NCBI GenBank assembly: GCA_965219995.1
Contig: CBDCOX010000002.1
Coordinates: 1,312,001 to 1,376,000 of the forward strand
Length of the DNA stretch: 64,000 bases
Reading direction: 5' to 3'
Source of the DNA: Candidatus Latescibacterota bacterium
Lineage (GTDB): Bacteria; Latescibacterota; UBA2968; GCA-2709665
This document shows, one piece after another, positions 1 through 8,709 of this stretch. How positions within the stretch are numbered: position 1 is the first letter of the stretch; each line of letters begins with the position of its first letter. The notes beneath the pieces are model-generated. The model did not search any database, was not told where the DNA came from, and worked only from the letters and a program-made list of their open reading frames with translations. The translations under genes were made by a program, and so were the position numbers.

Positions 1-323
1 ACCTGTAGCAGGCGACGCTGCAGCAGCGTCTGCATGTCCCGACGTCCATCCGCGATAACGAACACGTATACAGAATCGCCGACCACCTTATAGATAATTC
101 TGTAGGGCTTGAAGAAGACCTCCCGATATTCCCGTACCCCAATGTCCAGCAGTTCCCTCGGATGGTTCCCTCTCTCCGGATGCACGGACAGGCCCAGGAA
201 GGCTCTTTCGATCCGCTCCAACACATAATCCGCGCTGGTCGGCGAATCGTACCGGTCGATATAGTCACAGATCTCTTCCAGGTCGCGGGCGGCATCATCG
301 GTCAACTGGACTTCAAAAGCCAT
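1..323 (-). CDS. ParE/RelE-family type II toxin (3' end runs off the window)
   Basis: Manual translation from ATG at 323: MAFEVQLTDDAARDLEEICDYIDRYDSPTSADYVLERIERAF...HPERG...YREVFFKPYRIIYKV...VIADGRRDMQTLLQRRLL. Start overlaps the antitoxin stop (TGATG). Confidence 0.85.
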   Translation of the reverse strand, partial: MAFEVQLTDDAARDLEEICDYIDRYDSPTSADYVLERIERAFLGLSVHPERGNHPRELLDIGVREYREVFFKPYRIIYKVVGDSVYVFVIADGRRDMQTLLQRRLLQ

Positions 324-592
324 CAGCGATCCCGTTTCCGCAGCCGCGCGATCACGTCCGTAGCGGGTTCTACCCGGGCGGCGTCAATCTGACGGTTGCC
401 CAGCGCCAGAATCTTGAGCAACGCCATCGTCTCCTGTGTTTTTTCAAAGCTGTCTATGTCCTGCAACACCACCTTGGCCTCGCCATTCTGAGTGATGACC
501 ATGGGCTCTCCCTTTTCACGGAGCGTACTCACGATCTCCGAGACATGGGCCTTGAGGTAGCTGATCGGCTTGATCTGGCTGGACAGTTTCAT
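323..592 (-). CDS. Phd/YefM-family antitoxin
   Basis: IKPISYLKAHVSEIV...EPMVITQNGEAKVVL is the typical Phd N-terminus; AGGAGG SD upstream; coupled to the toxin. Confidence 0.9.
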   Translation of the reverse strand: MKLSSQIKPISYLKAHVSEIVSTLREKGEPMVITQNGEAKVVLQDIDSFEKTQETMALLKILALGNRQIDAARVEPATDVIARLRKRDR

Positions 593-1046
593 AAGCGCCT
601 CCTTTCCTGTCCAAATTTAGTCCATAAACAGGTCAAACGCAAGCGCTGAATTCCCCGGTCTGCATCTGCAGTTAACGTCCGGCCAAGCCGCGACGTCGCA
701 CGGACACTTTTCCCAGACCCTCGCCAGACTACTGCTATCCAGATTCTCCGTCGCCCTTTTTTCCTGACAAACACGCGTCTGAATGAGGTGCTATTTGCCG
801 CTTCACGGAACGTGCCAGGCCAATGCAATGCGATTTCAATCCGGAATTACGGGCTTTCAGACCGAACGAGACTGTTTTTCCGACATTTTACAAACTTCGC
901 GATTGACCTGAACCCGTTGAAATCATATATAGTCAGTACCCTCAGCGACTCCGCGTCTCTTGCGCCGCCGAACCTGTCGGATTCGCGGTTTGCGTTCAGA
1001 CTGCAGTGTCGCAGTTCGCATTGAAAGTACGTGGAGGTCATCACCC

Positions 1047-2690
1047 GTGCATGAAATCGATTTTCTCGGGGATCTGATAATCATACTCGGTTCGGCGGTC
1101 CTGGTCGCAACGGTTCTGCGCCGCGCGGGCATCCCGTCGATCGCGGGGCTGATTCTTGCGGGTATGTTCGCGGGGCCCACGGCGCTGGGCCTGGTGGACG
1201 ACACGCATCAGGTCGAGATGATGGCCGAGGTCGGAATTGTCCTCCTGCTCTTCGGGATCGGTCTGGAACTCTCGCTGAGGCATATGAGGCGCATGTGGAA
1301 TGCCATCCTGCTGGGCGGCGGCATCCAGGTGGCCGCCACGATCCTGTGCACCGCACTTGCGGCGGGATGGTTCGGCATGGCACCGGGGCCTGCGGTGTTT
1401 CTGGGATTCGTTGTCGCGGTCTCCAGCACGGCCATTGTGCTGCGCGGGCTTTCGAGCCGCGGTGAACTGGACGCGCCGCATGGCCGCCTGGCCGTTGGCA
1501 TCCTGATTTTCCAGGACCTGTGTGTGGTTCCGATGATCCTGGCGGTGCCTTTTCTGGCAGGTCAGGATGGAACCACGTGGGAAATCGCGGTCGCTGCCGC
1601 CACGGGTCTCGCCATTCTGGCGGGAGTGCTTGTTGCAGCCAATCGTACGGTACCCTACATACTCGCATTCGTTGCCAGGTCGCGAGAGAGAGAATTGTTC
1701 GTACTCACGGTGTTTCTCGTGTGTTTCGGCATTGCGTGGGTCCTGTCGATGGCGGGAATATCGCTGGCGCTCGGGGCGTTCCTCGCGGGCCTGATCGTCG
1801 CCGGCAGCGAGTTTCGTCACCAGGCGATGTCGGACCTGATACCCGTGCGCGAAGCTTTCGCCAGCCTCTTCTTTGTATCCGTGGGCATGCTGCTGGATGT
1901 TTCGGAGGTACTTGCGCATCTGCTGCCGACGCTCGGGCTCTGCGCTGTCATTCTCGCGGGAAAGTTCGTCATCGTGCTCGGGATGGGCCTGATCCTTCGG
2001 CTTCCGCTCCGCGTCGCAATCCAGTCCGCTGCAACTCTGTGTCAGATCGGCGAGTTTTCATTCGTACTCCTGAACGCGGCTTCCGGAACCGGCCTCCTCG
2101 ACACAGCACTGTCCGATAACCTCCTTTTCGCGATCATCCTGTCCATGTTGCTCACCCCCATCGCCATCGCCTTCGCCCCTCACCTTGCGCTCGGGGTCAC
2201 CCGAATTCCGTGGCTGAACCGGATTCTGGATGCCGAGCCCCCCGGGATCGATACGCACGAACCGCACAGCGACCACGTCATCGTCGCCGGATACGGGCGG
2301 GCGGGCCGGGAAGTCTGCCATGCTGCCCGGGACGCGGGATTCGCCTGCGTTGCGGTGGACGTCAACGTGGACAATGTTCGGAAGGCGCATGCGGCAGGTG
2401 ACCTGGCGGTGTACGGCGACGTCACTCAGCGGGAAGTCCTGGAAGAACTCGGGTGCCGGGATGCGCGTCTGGTTGTGGTGACGATAAACGACACCCGGGC
2501 CACCGAGGTCGCCGTCCGCGCGATCCGGCGCGCGGCTCCTGACACACGGGTTATCGCGCGCACCATGTACGATATGGATGAGAGCTCATTGCGTGCCGCC
2601 GGCGCCAGCCGGGTCATCACAGCCGAAGCGACCACAAGCGACGTCGTTGTCGGCACGTGTCTCGAGGAACTAAAAGCGGGGAGACGGTAG
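1047..2690 (+). CDS. CPA2 cation:proton antiporter (KefB/KefC-like) with C-terminal TrkA-N/KTN domain
   Basis: Many TM helices with LLLFGIGLE, SSTAIV, ILIFQDL, ALGAFLAG, FFVSVGM, QIGEFSFV; KTN motif HVIVAGYGRAG. GGAGG SD favours GTG 1047 over the ORF-track start at 960. Confidence 0.9.
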   Translation: MHEIDFLGDLIIILGSAVLVATVLRRAGIPSIAGLILAGMFAGPTALGLVDDTHQVEMMAEVGIVLLLFGIGLELSLRHMRRMWNAILLGGGIQVAATILCTALAAGWFGMAPGPAVFLGFVVAVSSTAIVLRGLSSRGELDAPHGRLAVGILIFQDLCVVPMILAVPFLAGQDGTTWEIAVAAATGLAILAGVLVAANRTVPYILAFVARSRERELFVLTVFLVCFGIAWVLSMAGISLALGAFLAGLIVAGSEFRHQAMSDLIPVREAFASLFFVSVGMLLDVSEVLAHLLPTLGLCAVILAGKFVIVLGMGLILRLPLRVAIQSAATLCQIGEFSFVLLNAASGTGLLDTALSDNLLFAIILSMLLTPIAIAFAPHLALGVTRIPWLNRILDAEPPGIDTHEPHSDHVIVAGYGRAGREVCHAARDAGFACVAVDVNVDNVRKAHAAGDLAVYGDVTQREVLEELGCRDARLVVVTINDTRATEVAVRAIRRAAPDTRVIARTMYDMDESSLRAAGASRVITAEATTSDVVVGTCLEELKAGRR

Positions 2691-2843
2691 ATGAAGGCGG
2701 TGAGACGGGAGACGGTAGACGGGAGATGACATCCTTGCCCAAACGCTTTTCCCTTATGCCTCTGGCAAGAAATGAAACCGACCGGGGCAGACAATCTCTC
2801 ACGTCTCACCTCTTTCCCTGGGAGCGAGGGCATCTTGCGCTCG
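2683..2843. repeat. Short tandem GACGG(G/T)A repeats plus a REP-like palindrome (GGAGCGAGGGCATCTTGCGCTCG)
   Basis: gacggga-gacggta-gacggga at about 2705-2725; imperfect hairpin CGAGGGCA-TCT-TGCGCTCG at about 2825-2843. Confidence 0.45.
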
Positions 2844-3126
2844 ATGCGCTCCGTTTTGGTCCTGCCGCTTCAAGGCGCACACTTCGACGAATTTCGTTTT
2901 TGATTCAAGCTGACTGTTGAAGACGGATAGCTGATTGCATTTCCTAACGATCCCAGCCCCCACTGCCAAACGCAAGGTCCCGATGGAATACTCCACCGGG
3001 ACTTCCTTTTTTTAAATATCCCGCCGCCAAGACTGTTGCATTTTACAACTGTCTTGGCGGCGGGTTGGATTGACGATCGAACCTGATTTCGATATATTCC
3101 CGTGACGTCCAATCTACCCAAACCAG

Positions 3127-4470
3127 ATGAGTCGGGACGAGAAAAGACCACTTCGGAGAGCCATAACTTACCAAGACGGATCAATGTCACGAGATCGAGA
3201 GCTGCCACTTCCCCCGGAATTTCAAGAACAGATCAACCAGGTCCAGGCAATCGGTTGTATAGCACCGTTTCTGGCTCTCCTTTCACGATTTGGCGTTGGC
3301 GGCGATCGTCTCAAGAACTTCGTCGCTGATTTCAGGGAATTGAAAGCCCAGGCGGCAGAGCTTGCCGAATTGCCAGTGGCGTTCCATGAAGGCTTTGCAG
3401 AACGCGGCTGGCTCATTTCGGAGTCCACAAGTCTTGAAACAGCAAGGGCGGCACTTTCTGGCCTAGAATGCTGCAGCATCAACGACGCTGAAGATCTATT
3501 GGCTTCTGATTATGAAGGCGACAGACTGGATTTTGTCGTAAAGCGCCTATGCCAGACGCAGGGATTCAAGTTGCGCAAAGCGCAGCTTCAGGAAGCACTC
3601 ACGTTAACCCACGAAGGCCGTTACCTTGCCGCAGCACCGTTGCTGCTTATAGTTGCGGACGGGGTCGGCGAGGATGAGTTTAAAAAGTCGATCTTCAGTG
3701 ACGGTGTAGACCTCGAGGAACTCCATTCATTGGCCGGCCAACCAGACGCTTTGCCCAGACTGGTTAAACAGATGTGCCGCACTCGACGAAAGACTACTGA
3801 GGAAACCGTCAGTTTTCCGTACCGAAACGGTATTCTCCATGGCCGCGACCTTGGCTATGGCAACCGATTGATCACCGCGAAATGTTGGTCGTTCTTGAGC
3901 AATATTGCCGATGTAATTCGTGCCCGTGAAGCGAAACGGTCTCTGAATCCGGAGCCCGAGCCTTCCATTTCCGATCTCCTCGACAGGCATGCCAATACGT
4001 TGGATCAAAGGGAGCGAATCACGGCATGGCGAGCTCGGCCAATTTCCAGAGACCGGATCAACGTGTTTGCCGAACCAACGACATATGACCTTGTGTCGGA
4101 CGAACCAGAAACAGCACTTGCTGATTTTTTGAGGGCCTGGAAAGGAAACAACTTTGGACGTATGGGTGCGTTGACGGTTTACTTCGACAATCGCCCGGTC
4201 AACCGACGCGCGGGTGAAATCCGGAAGATGATAAACGGCGTGACGCTTATTGGTGCTGTCATCATATGCATTGAAGATAAAATGCCCGCAATTACAGAGA
4301 TCACGGTCGATCTGTCTTATAGTGTGGAGAGTGGGAATCGCTCAGATAGGTTCACATTTGTCATGAATTGTGTTGATGACGACGGGGAACTCGCCGTTCA
4401 CGGAGATAAGGCGGCACATTGGCTGGTTTTACCCAGCTATCAAGGTTGGGCGACTCAGCATCGCACTTAA
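3127..4470 (+). CDS. Hypothetical protein with HEPN-type Rx4H motif and a possible C-terminal NTF2-like domain
   Basis: Helical N-half (QEALTLTHEGRYLAAAPLLL...DG) followed by YRNGILHG; C-terminal PETALADFLRAWKGNNFGRM followed by beta strands. Alternative start 3184. Confidence 0.6.
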   Translation: MSRDEKRPLRRAITYQDGSMSRDRELPLPPEFQEQINQVQAIGCIAPFLALLSRFGVGGDRLKNFVADFRELKAQAAELAELPVAFHEGFAERGWLISESTSLETARAALSGLECCSINDAEDLLASDYEGDRLDFVVKRLCQTQGFKLRKAQLQEALTLTHEGRYLAAAPLLLIVADGVGEDEFKKSIFSDGVDLEELHSLAGQPDALPRLVKQMCRTRRKTTEETVSFPYRNGILHGRDLGYGNRLITAKCWSFLSNIADVIRAREAKRSLNPEPEPSISDLLDRHANTLDQRERITAWRARPISRDRINVFAEPTTYDLVSDEPETALADFLRAWKGNNFGRMGALTVYFDNRPVNRRAGEIRKMINGVTLIGAVIICIEDKMPAITEITVDLSYSVESGNRSDRFTFVMNCVDDDGELAVHGDKAAHWLVLPSYQGWATQHRT

Positions 4471-4695
4471 GTACAACACGGCGACGGTAGAATTGACTTT
4501 GTCAGACGTGTCGACAGATGGCCACCTGCTGGGCGCAATTGGCTGCAAGGATCTGGATCTGCGGTAATTCTACACTTACGCAAGCATTCATTGGCGCCCC
4601 TTCAATGAAAGAGTGGAGGCACAACAGACCTGTCTAGACGCCCCAGTACACACTAAGCCAAGCCTCACCGCGTTCGCTAGTTGCAGACATAAGAA

Positions 4696-4725
4696 GATCC
4701 CGACGATCGATCCCATCGGGGTCTT
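4696..4725. repeat. Palindromic dispersed repeat, copy 1 (copy 2 at 21856-21885)
   Basis: gatcccgacgatcgatcccatcggggtctt vs gaccccgacggacgatcccatcggggtctt, 27/30 identical; forms a hairpin. Confidence 0.65.
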
Positions 4726-5070
4726 TTTCTGTACGGAACTTAACACCGAATCCGTCGCAGAATGCGACGTATACAGCTGCGCGTCGTGTTGAATTGACCA
4801 TAGATACGGATTCGCATATATTGCGTTCTCTTTCCATAAGATATCCATGCGCTCGTCTGTCAATGGTGGTTGATAAAGTGCGTGGAGTAGGTTTCGCAAG
4901 AGTGAATACCTGTACCTGCAATGCCAATCAGTCTGTCAGACGTTAAGTTGGCAGCATTGATAGATCTGCGTTACACAAATTCGAGAATCGACTTTGGGAA
5001 AAAGTGGCATAACCTCAGAAATCGCAGTTAATCGACGTTTATAATCTCACGAATTCGGGAAGTAATCTCG

Positions 5071-6261
5071 ATGTTCACAGGTGCATCGCGGATCAAGTCT
5101 CTCGAAATCTTCGCTGGTGCAGGTGGGCTCGCGCTCGGCGCCGCACGTGCCGGATTTCGTCATGTCGCCGTGATTGATTCTGACAATGCGTCTTGCCGCA
5201 CACTGCGTCGAAACAAGGCTGACGGGGTTGAGCATGCATTGAACTGGAAAATCGTAGAATCCGATACGCGTTTTTACGATTTCGAGAAGTACGCAGGGCA
5301 CGTACATTTGGTTTCGGGAGGACCGCCATGCCAACCCTTTTCCAGCGGTGGCAAGCGATTGGGCCACGCCGATAAGCGGGACATGTTTCCACATGCCATC
5401 CGAGCGGTCCGTGAGATTCGGCCAATGGGATTCCTATTTGAGAACGTCAAAGGGCTAATTAGACCAAGCTTTTCACGCTACTACGAATACATAATTCTAC
5501 AGCTCAGGTTTCCAGGTGTCTCACAGCGGGACGGAGAGAATTGGACCGATCATTACCGCAGACTTGAGCAACTATGTGCGGCCACGAGCAATTCGGAACT
5601 TATGTACAACGTTGCCTACAAATGTCTGAACGCTGCCGATTACGGCGTTCCACAAAGACGTGAACGTGTCTTCGTCGTTGGAACTAGGGCTGACCTTGGA
5701 TTGGAGTTCAACTTCCCACAAGGATCACACTCACGTGAGGCGCTTCTGCGTGATCAATGGGTAACTGGACATTACTGGGAACGCCACGAGATTCCGAAGT
5801 CTAAACGCCCGAATGGGCCACCAAACAGGCTGAAGCGACGGATTGAAAAACTATCCTTAGGTGTTTTTGATGAACTTGGTAGCCCCTGGCGGACTGTGCG
5901 TGACGCGATTCGCGACCTGCCTAGAGTTGGGATAGGTCAGACGTCCAAGAAAGCCTCGAATCATTTTCTCAACCCAGGGGCGCGTGCATACCCGGGGCAC
6001 GATGGCAGCAGATGGGACGAACCCGCGAAGACGATTAAGGCTGGTGACCACGGCGTGCCGGGCGGCGAGAACACTCTACGTTATGACGGTTTATCAGTGA
6101 GGTATTTCTCGGTTCGGGAGTGTGCTCGCTTGCAAACATTCCCCGACAACTGGTACTTTGAGGGATCCTGGACCAATTCCATGCGGCAACTAGGTAATGC
6201 TGTTCCTGTTGATCTTGCCAATGCGGTCGCTTCGAAACTCTTCGCTGCACTTGCGGGTTAG
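5071..6261 (+). CDS. dcm: DNA (cytosine-5) methyltransferase, M.Eco29kI/M.SacII-like by recall (possible target CCGCGG)
   Basis: Motif I FAGAGG, IV GGPPCQPFS, VI ENVKG, VIII QRRERVFVVG, IX RLQTFP, X GNAVP. TRD PGARAYPGHDGS...KTIKAGDHGVPGGEN resembles my recollection of M.Eco29kI. Confidence 0.95.
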   Translation: MFTGASRIKSLEIFAGAGGLALGAARAGFRHVAVIDSDNASCRTLRRNKADGVEHALNWKIVESDTRFYDFEKYAGHVHLVSGGPPCQPFSSGGKRLGHADKRDMFPHAIRAVREIRPMGFLFENVKGLIRPSFSRYYEYIILQLRFPGVSQRDGENWTDHYRRLEQLCAATSNSELMYNVAYKCLNAADYGVPQRRERVFVVGTRADLGLEFNFPQGSHSREALLRDQWVTGHYWERHEIPKSKRPNGPPNRLKRRIEKLSLGVFDELGSPWRTVRDAIRDLPRVGIGQTSKKASNHFLNPGARAYPGHDGSRWDEPAKTIKAGDHGVPGGENTLRYDGLSVRYFSVRECARLQTFPDNWYFEGSWTNSMRQLGNAVPVDLANAVASKLFAALAG

Positions 6262-6330
6262 GGAAACTCTGAAAAACGACACCTACGTCCATAATGGTAG
6301 ACACTCAATATGCCTGAGGAGGAATAACCG

Positions 6331-8709
6331 GTGAGACATTTCGATCTAACGCCGCATCCCCGCATACTGCCAATGCTTGGAGAAATCGTCCTACCTCAGT
6401 GGCGATGTCTCGCCGAACTAATAGACAATTCGGCGGACTCCTTCATCGAAGCGCAGCGTGCCGGTAATCCAGTACAAGATCCACGAGTGAGAATCAGCGT
6501 CCCAACCGGGAATTCGCAAAGCAGTCGGCTGGTGGTAATGGACAACGGCCCCGGGATGGATGCCGACACCCTAGAACGTGCTGCCCGAGCAGGGTGGACT
6601 AGCCATGACCCAATAAATAATCTCGGTTTGTTTGGGATGGGGTTTAATATCGCCACCGCCCGCCTTGGATCTCATACGTCAATTTGGACGACTCGGCACG
6701 GCGCATCCGAATGGGTCGGATTGGGCATAGATTTTAACTTAATGATAAAAAAACAGGATTTTATCTCGCCTGCGTTAAGCCGACCCAAGTTAGACCGCGA
6801 TATATCCGGCACGGAGGTCATTGTTGAGAGTTTGAAGCCCGAGCAAGTCGAATGGTTTAGCAGAGCGTACAATCGCAGTAACGTTGGAAGACAACTTGGC
6901 CGAACCTATTCGTCAATGATTGGACCCGCGCAAACGCCTGTTGGGTTTCGGCTCGAAATCAACGGTAATCAGGTTCGGCCCAGACTTCACTGTATCTGGG
7001 GAGGACCCGGAAATTCCGAACGCTTCGTCGAGTCTTCGCGGCACGGTACGGTTAATGCCTTTCAGCCCTTCGAGGTACCCCTAAAGTCACGGCCATTCTG
7101 CACACAGTGCTGGAACTGGCTCGGTGCAAATGAGTTGGTATGTGCATCATGCGAAGCCTCTGGTGAAGTCGTCCAGCGCGAAAGGCGAGTGCATGGCTGG
7201 CTCGGTATTCAACGCTATCTTGACCGAAACGAGTATGGAGTTGACATCCTGAGGAATGGGCGCAAGATCGAAATAGGGAATAAGGATTTCTTTAAATGGC
7301 TTGATGATAGTGCGGGTACTGAAGAGATAGAGTATCCTATCGACGACCCAAGAGACCGTGGGCGAATCGTGGGCGAAGTTCACCTAGACCATTGCAGGGT
7401 GCCATACACTAAGGATCGCTTTGTCAGAGAGGACACCGCTTGGCACGAAATGCTCGACATCGTGCGCGGGAGGACCCCACTTCGTCCAGATATAGCTAAG
7501 AAAATGGGTGCGGGCGAGAATATCTCGCCGCTGTATCGTTTGTTCCAAGTATTTCGACGCTCCAATCCCCATAGCCGGCTTGCAGGTGGATGGGGCCAGT
7601 TACTTGTCGTACCTGACAACGACCGCGCCAAGGCAATGGTCCGAGGATTCGATGCGGGGGACCCAGCATATGAGACCGACCAAAAATGGTGGGAACTTGT
7701 CGAAGAAGCAGAAGCAGCTGTCCTCAAAGACAATTCGCCCTCGCCTGGTGACCCTTCCGAAACACTTGGCGATAATGATGAGAGTCCGTCTGATGAAACA
7801 CTCGGTGGTGACGGGACCGGCGCCGCTGACGATGGTTCCACTCATCCGAATAGCGCAGCTGTTAGCTGCAGAAAACCAAGTCGCACGCGTCTCCCGGGTT
7901 TAACTCAACAGTATACGGAGGAGTTAACCGGTCAGCGGTTCGACGTGGAGGCGTTCGAGGTCTCTGCAGACGACCCGATTCTAGCGGGGCGAGGATGCCC
8001 TTGGGAAATTCGTAGAACTGCATCTGGTGCATGGCAGTTTTATGTTGACACAAGTGCTACGGCGTTTCATTCAATGACCCTAACGCCACGGGATGCACTG
8101 CTAGTACAGCTGGCTTGGCTGATCGCAGACTTCGAGAGGGGTCAACAGGGTTCAGAGGTAAGTTTCGGCGCGGCCCTGATGAGCCTACGTACTAGATACG
8201 CTAGATCATCTATGCTAGTTGCACAAGATATGGTGTCTGAGTCGTTATCCCAACTCGTTAATATTGCGCGGAGTATCGTTGATCGAATATCGAGTGAGGA
8301 TGTCCGGACATTCTTCGACAATCTATCACCGTCACGCCAAGAGAGTATACGGGTCAACATGGCTTCCCGTGGTGTCACGGACCCGCATGGAGCGATCGAC
8401 GATGGGAGATTCTTGCAGTACGCGTCCCCTGTCATCATCAGTGATTTCGTTGTGTCGAATCCAAGTATGTTCTTTGACGGCAACTACTGGGATGAAGCAT
8501 TCTCAACTTTGGACTTTGGTAGTGCCGGTGCCACGGAAGAAGCTAGGGCTAGGACTATCAGCTACTACGCGGGGCTTCTAGCTGACACTGTTTGGTTGGC
8601 ACAGCAGGCACCATCAGACCTAGAAGCAATGAGCCGCGAAAAGCTGATGAGGGCATTCCTTGCATCCGAGCTTCTCGCACCTACAATTAACTTTGGAGAC
8701 GACGATTGA
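6331..8709 (+). CDS. GHKL (MORC-like) ATPase with S5-like domain, inserted CxxC-x10-CxxC Zn ribbon and uncharacterised C-terminal domain
   Basis: LAELIDNSADS, DNGPGM, LGLFGMG, SGTEV (Bergerat motifs); GVDILRNGRKI S5-type motif; CTQC...CASC; GAGGAGG SD before GTG. Confidence 0.9.
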   Translation: MRHFDLTPHPRILPMLGEIVLPQWRCLAELIDNSADSFIEAQRAGNPVQDPRVRISVPTGNSQSSRLVVMDNGPGMDADTLERAARAGWTSHDPINNLGLFGMGFNIATARLGSHTSIWTTRHGASEWVGLGIDFNLMIKKQDFISPALSRPKLDRDISGTEVIVESLKPEQVEWFSRAYNRSNVGRQLGRTYSSMIGPAQTPVGFRLEINGNQVRPRLHCIWGGPGNSERFVESSRHGTVNAFQPFEVPLKSRPFCTQCWNWLGANELVCASCEASGEVVQRERRVHGWLGIQRYLDRNEYGVDILRNGRKIEIGNKDFFKWLDDSAGTEEIEYPIDDPRDRGRIVGEVHLDHCRVPYTKDRFVREDTAWHEMLDIVRGRTPLRPDIAKKMGAGENISPLYRLFQVFRRSNPHSRLAGGWGQLLVVPDNDRAKAMVRGFDAGDPAYETDQKWWELVEEAEAAVLKDNSPSPGDPSETLGDNDESPSDETLGGDGTGAADDGSTHPNSAAVSCRKPSRTRLPGLTQQYTEELTGQRFDVEAFEVSADDPILAGRGCPWEIRRTASGAWQFYVDTSATAFHSMTLTPRDALLVQLAWLIADFERGQQGSEVSFGAALMSLRTRYARSSMLVAQDMVSESLSQLVNIARSIVDRISSEDVRTFFDNLSPSRQESIRVNMASRGVTDPHGAIDDGRFLQYASPVIISDFVVSNPSMFFDGNYWDEAFSTLDFGSAGATEEARARTISYYAGLLADTVWLAQQAPSDLEAMSREKLMRAFLASELLAPTINFGDDD

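Noticed and set aside
4588-4927. Small minus-strand ORFs as an R-M controller protein or Eco29kI remnant
   Set aside because: No HTH or GIY-YIG motifs; they overlap repeat hairpins.
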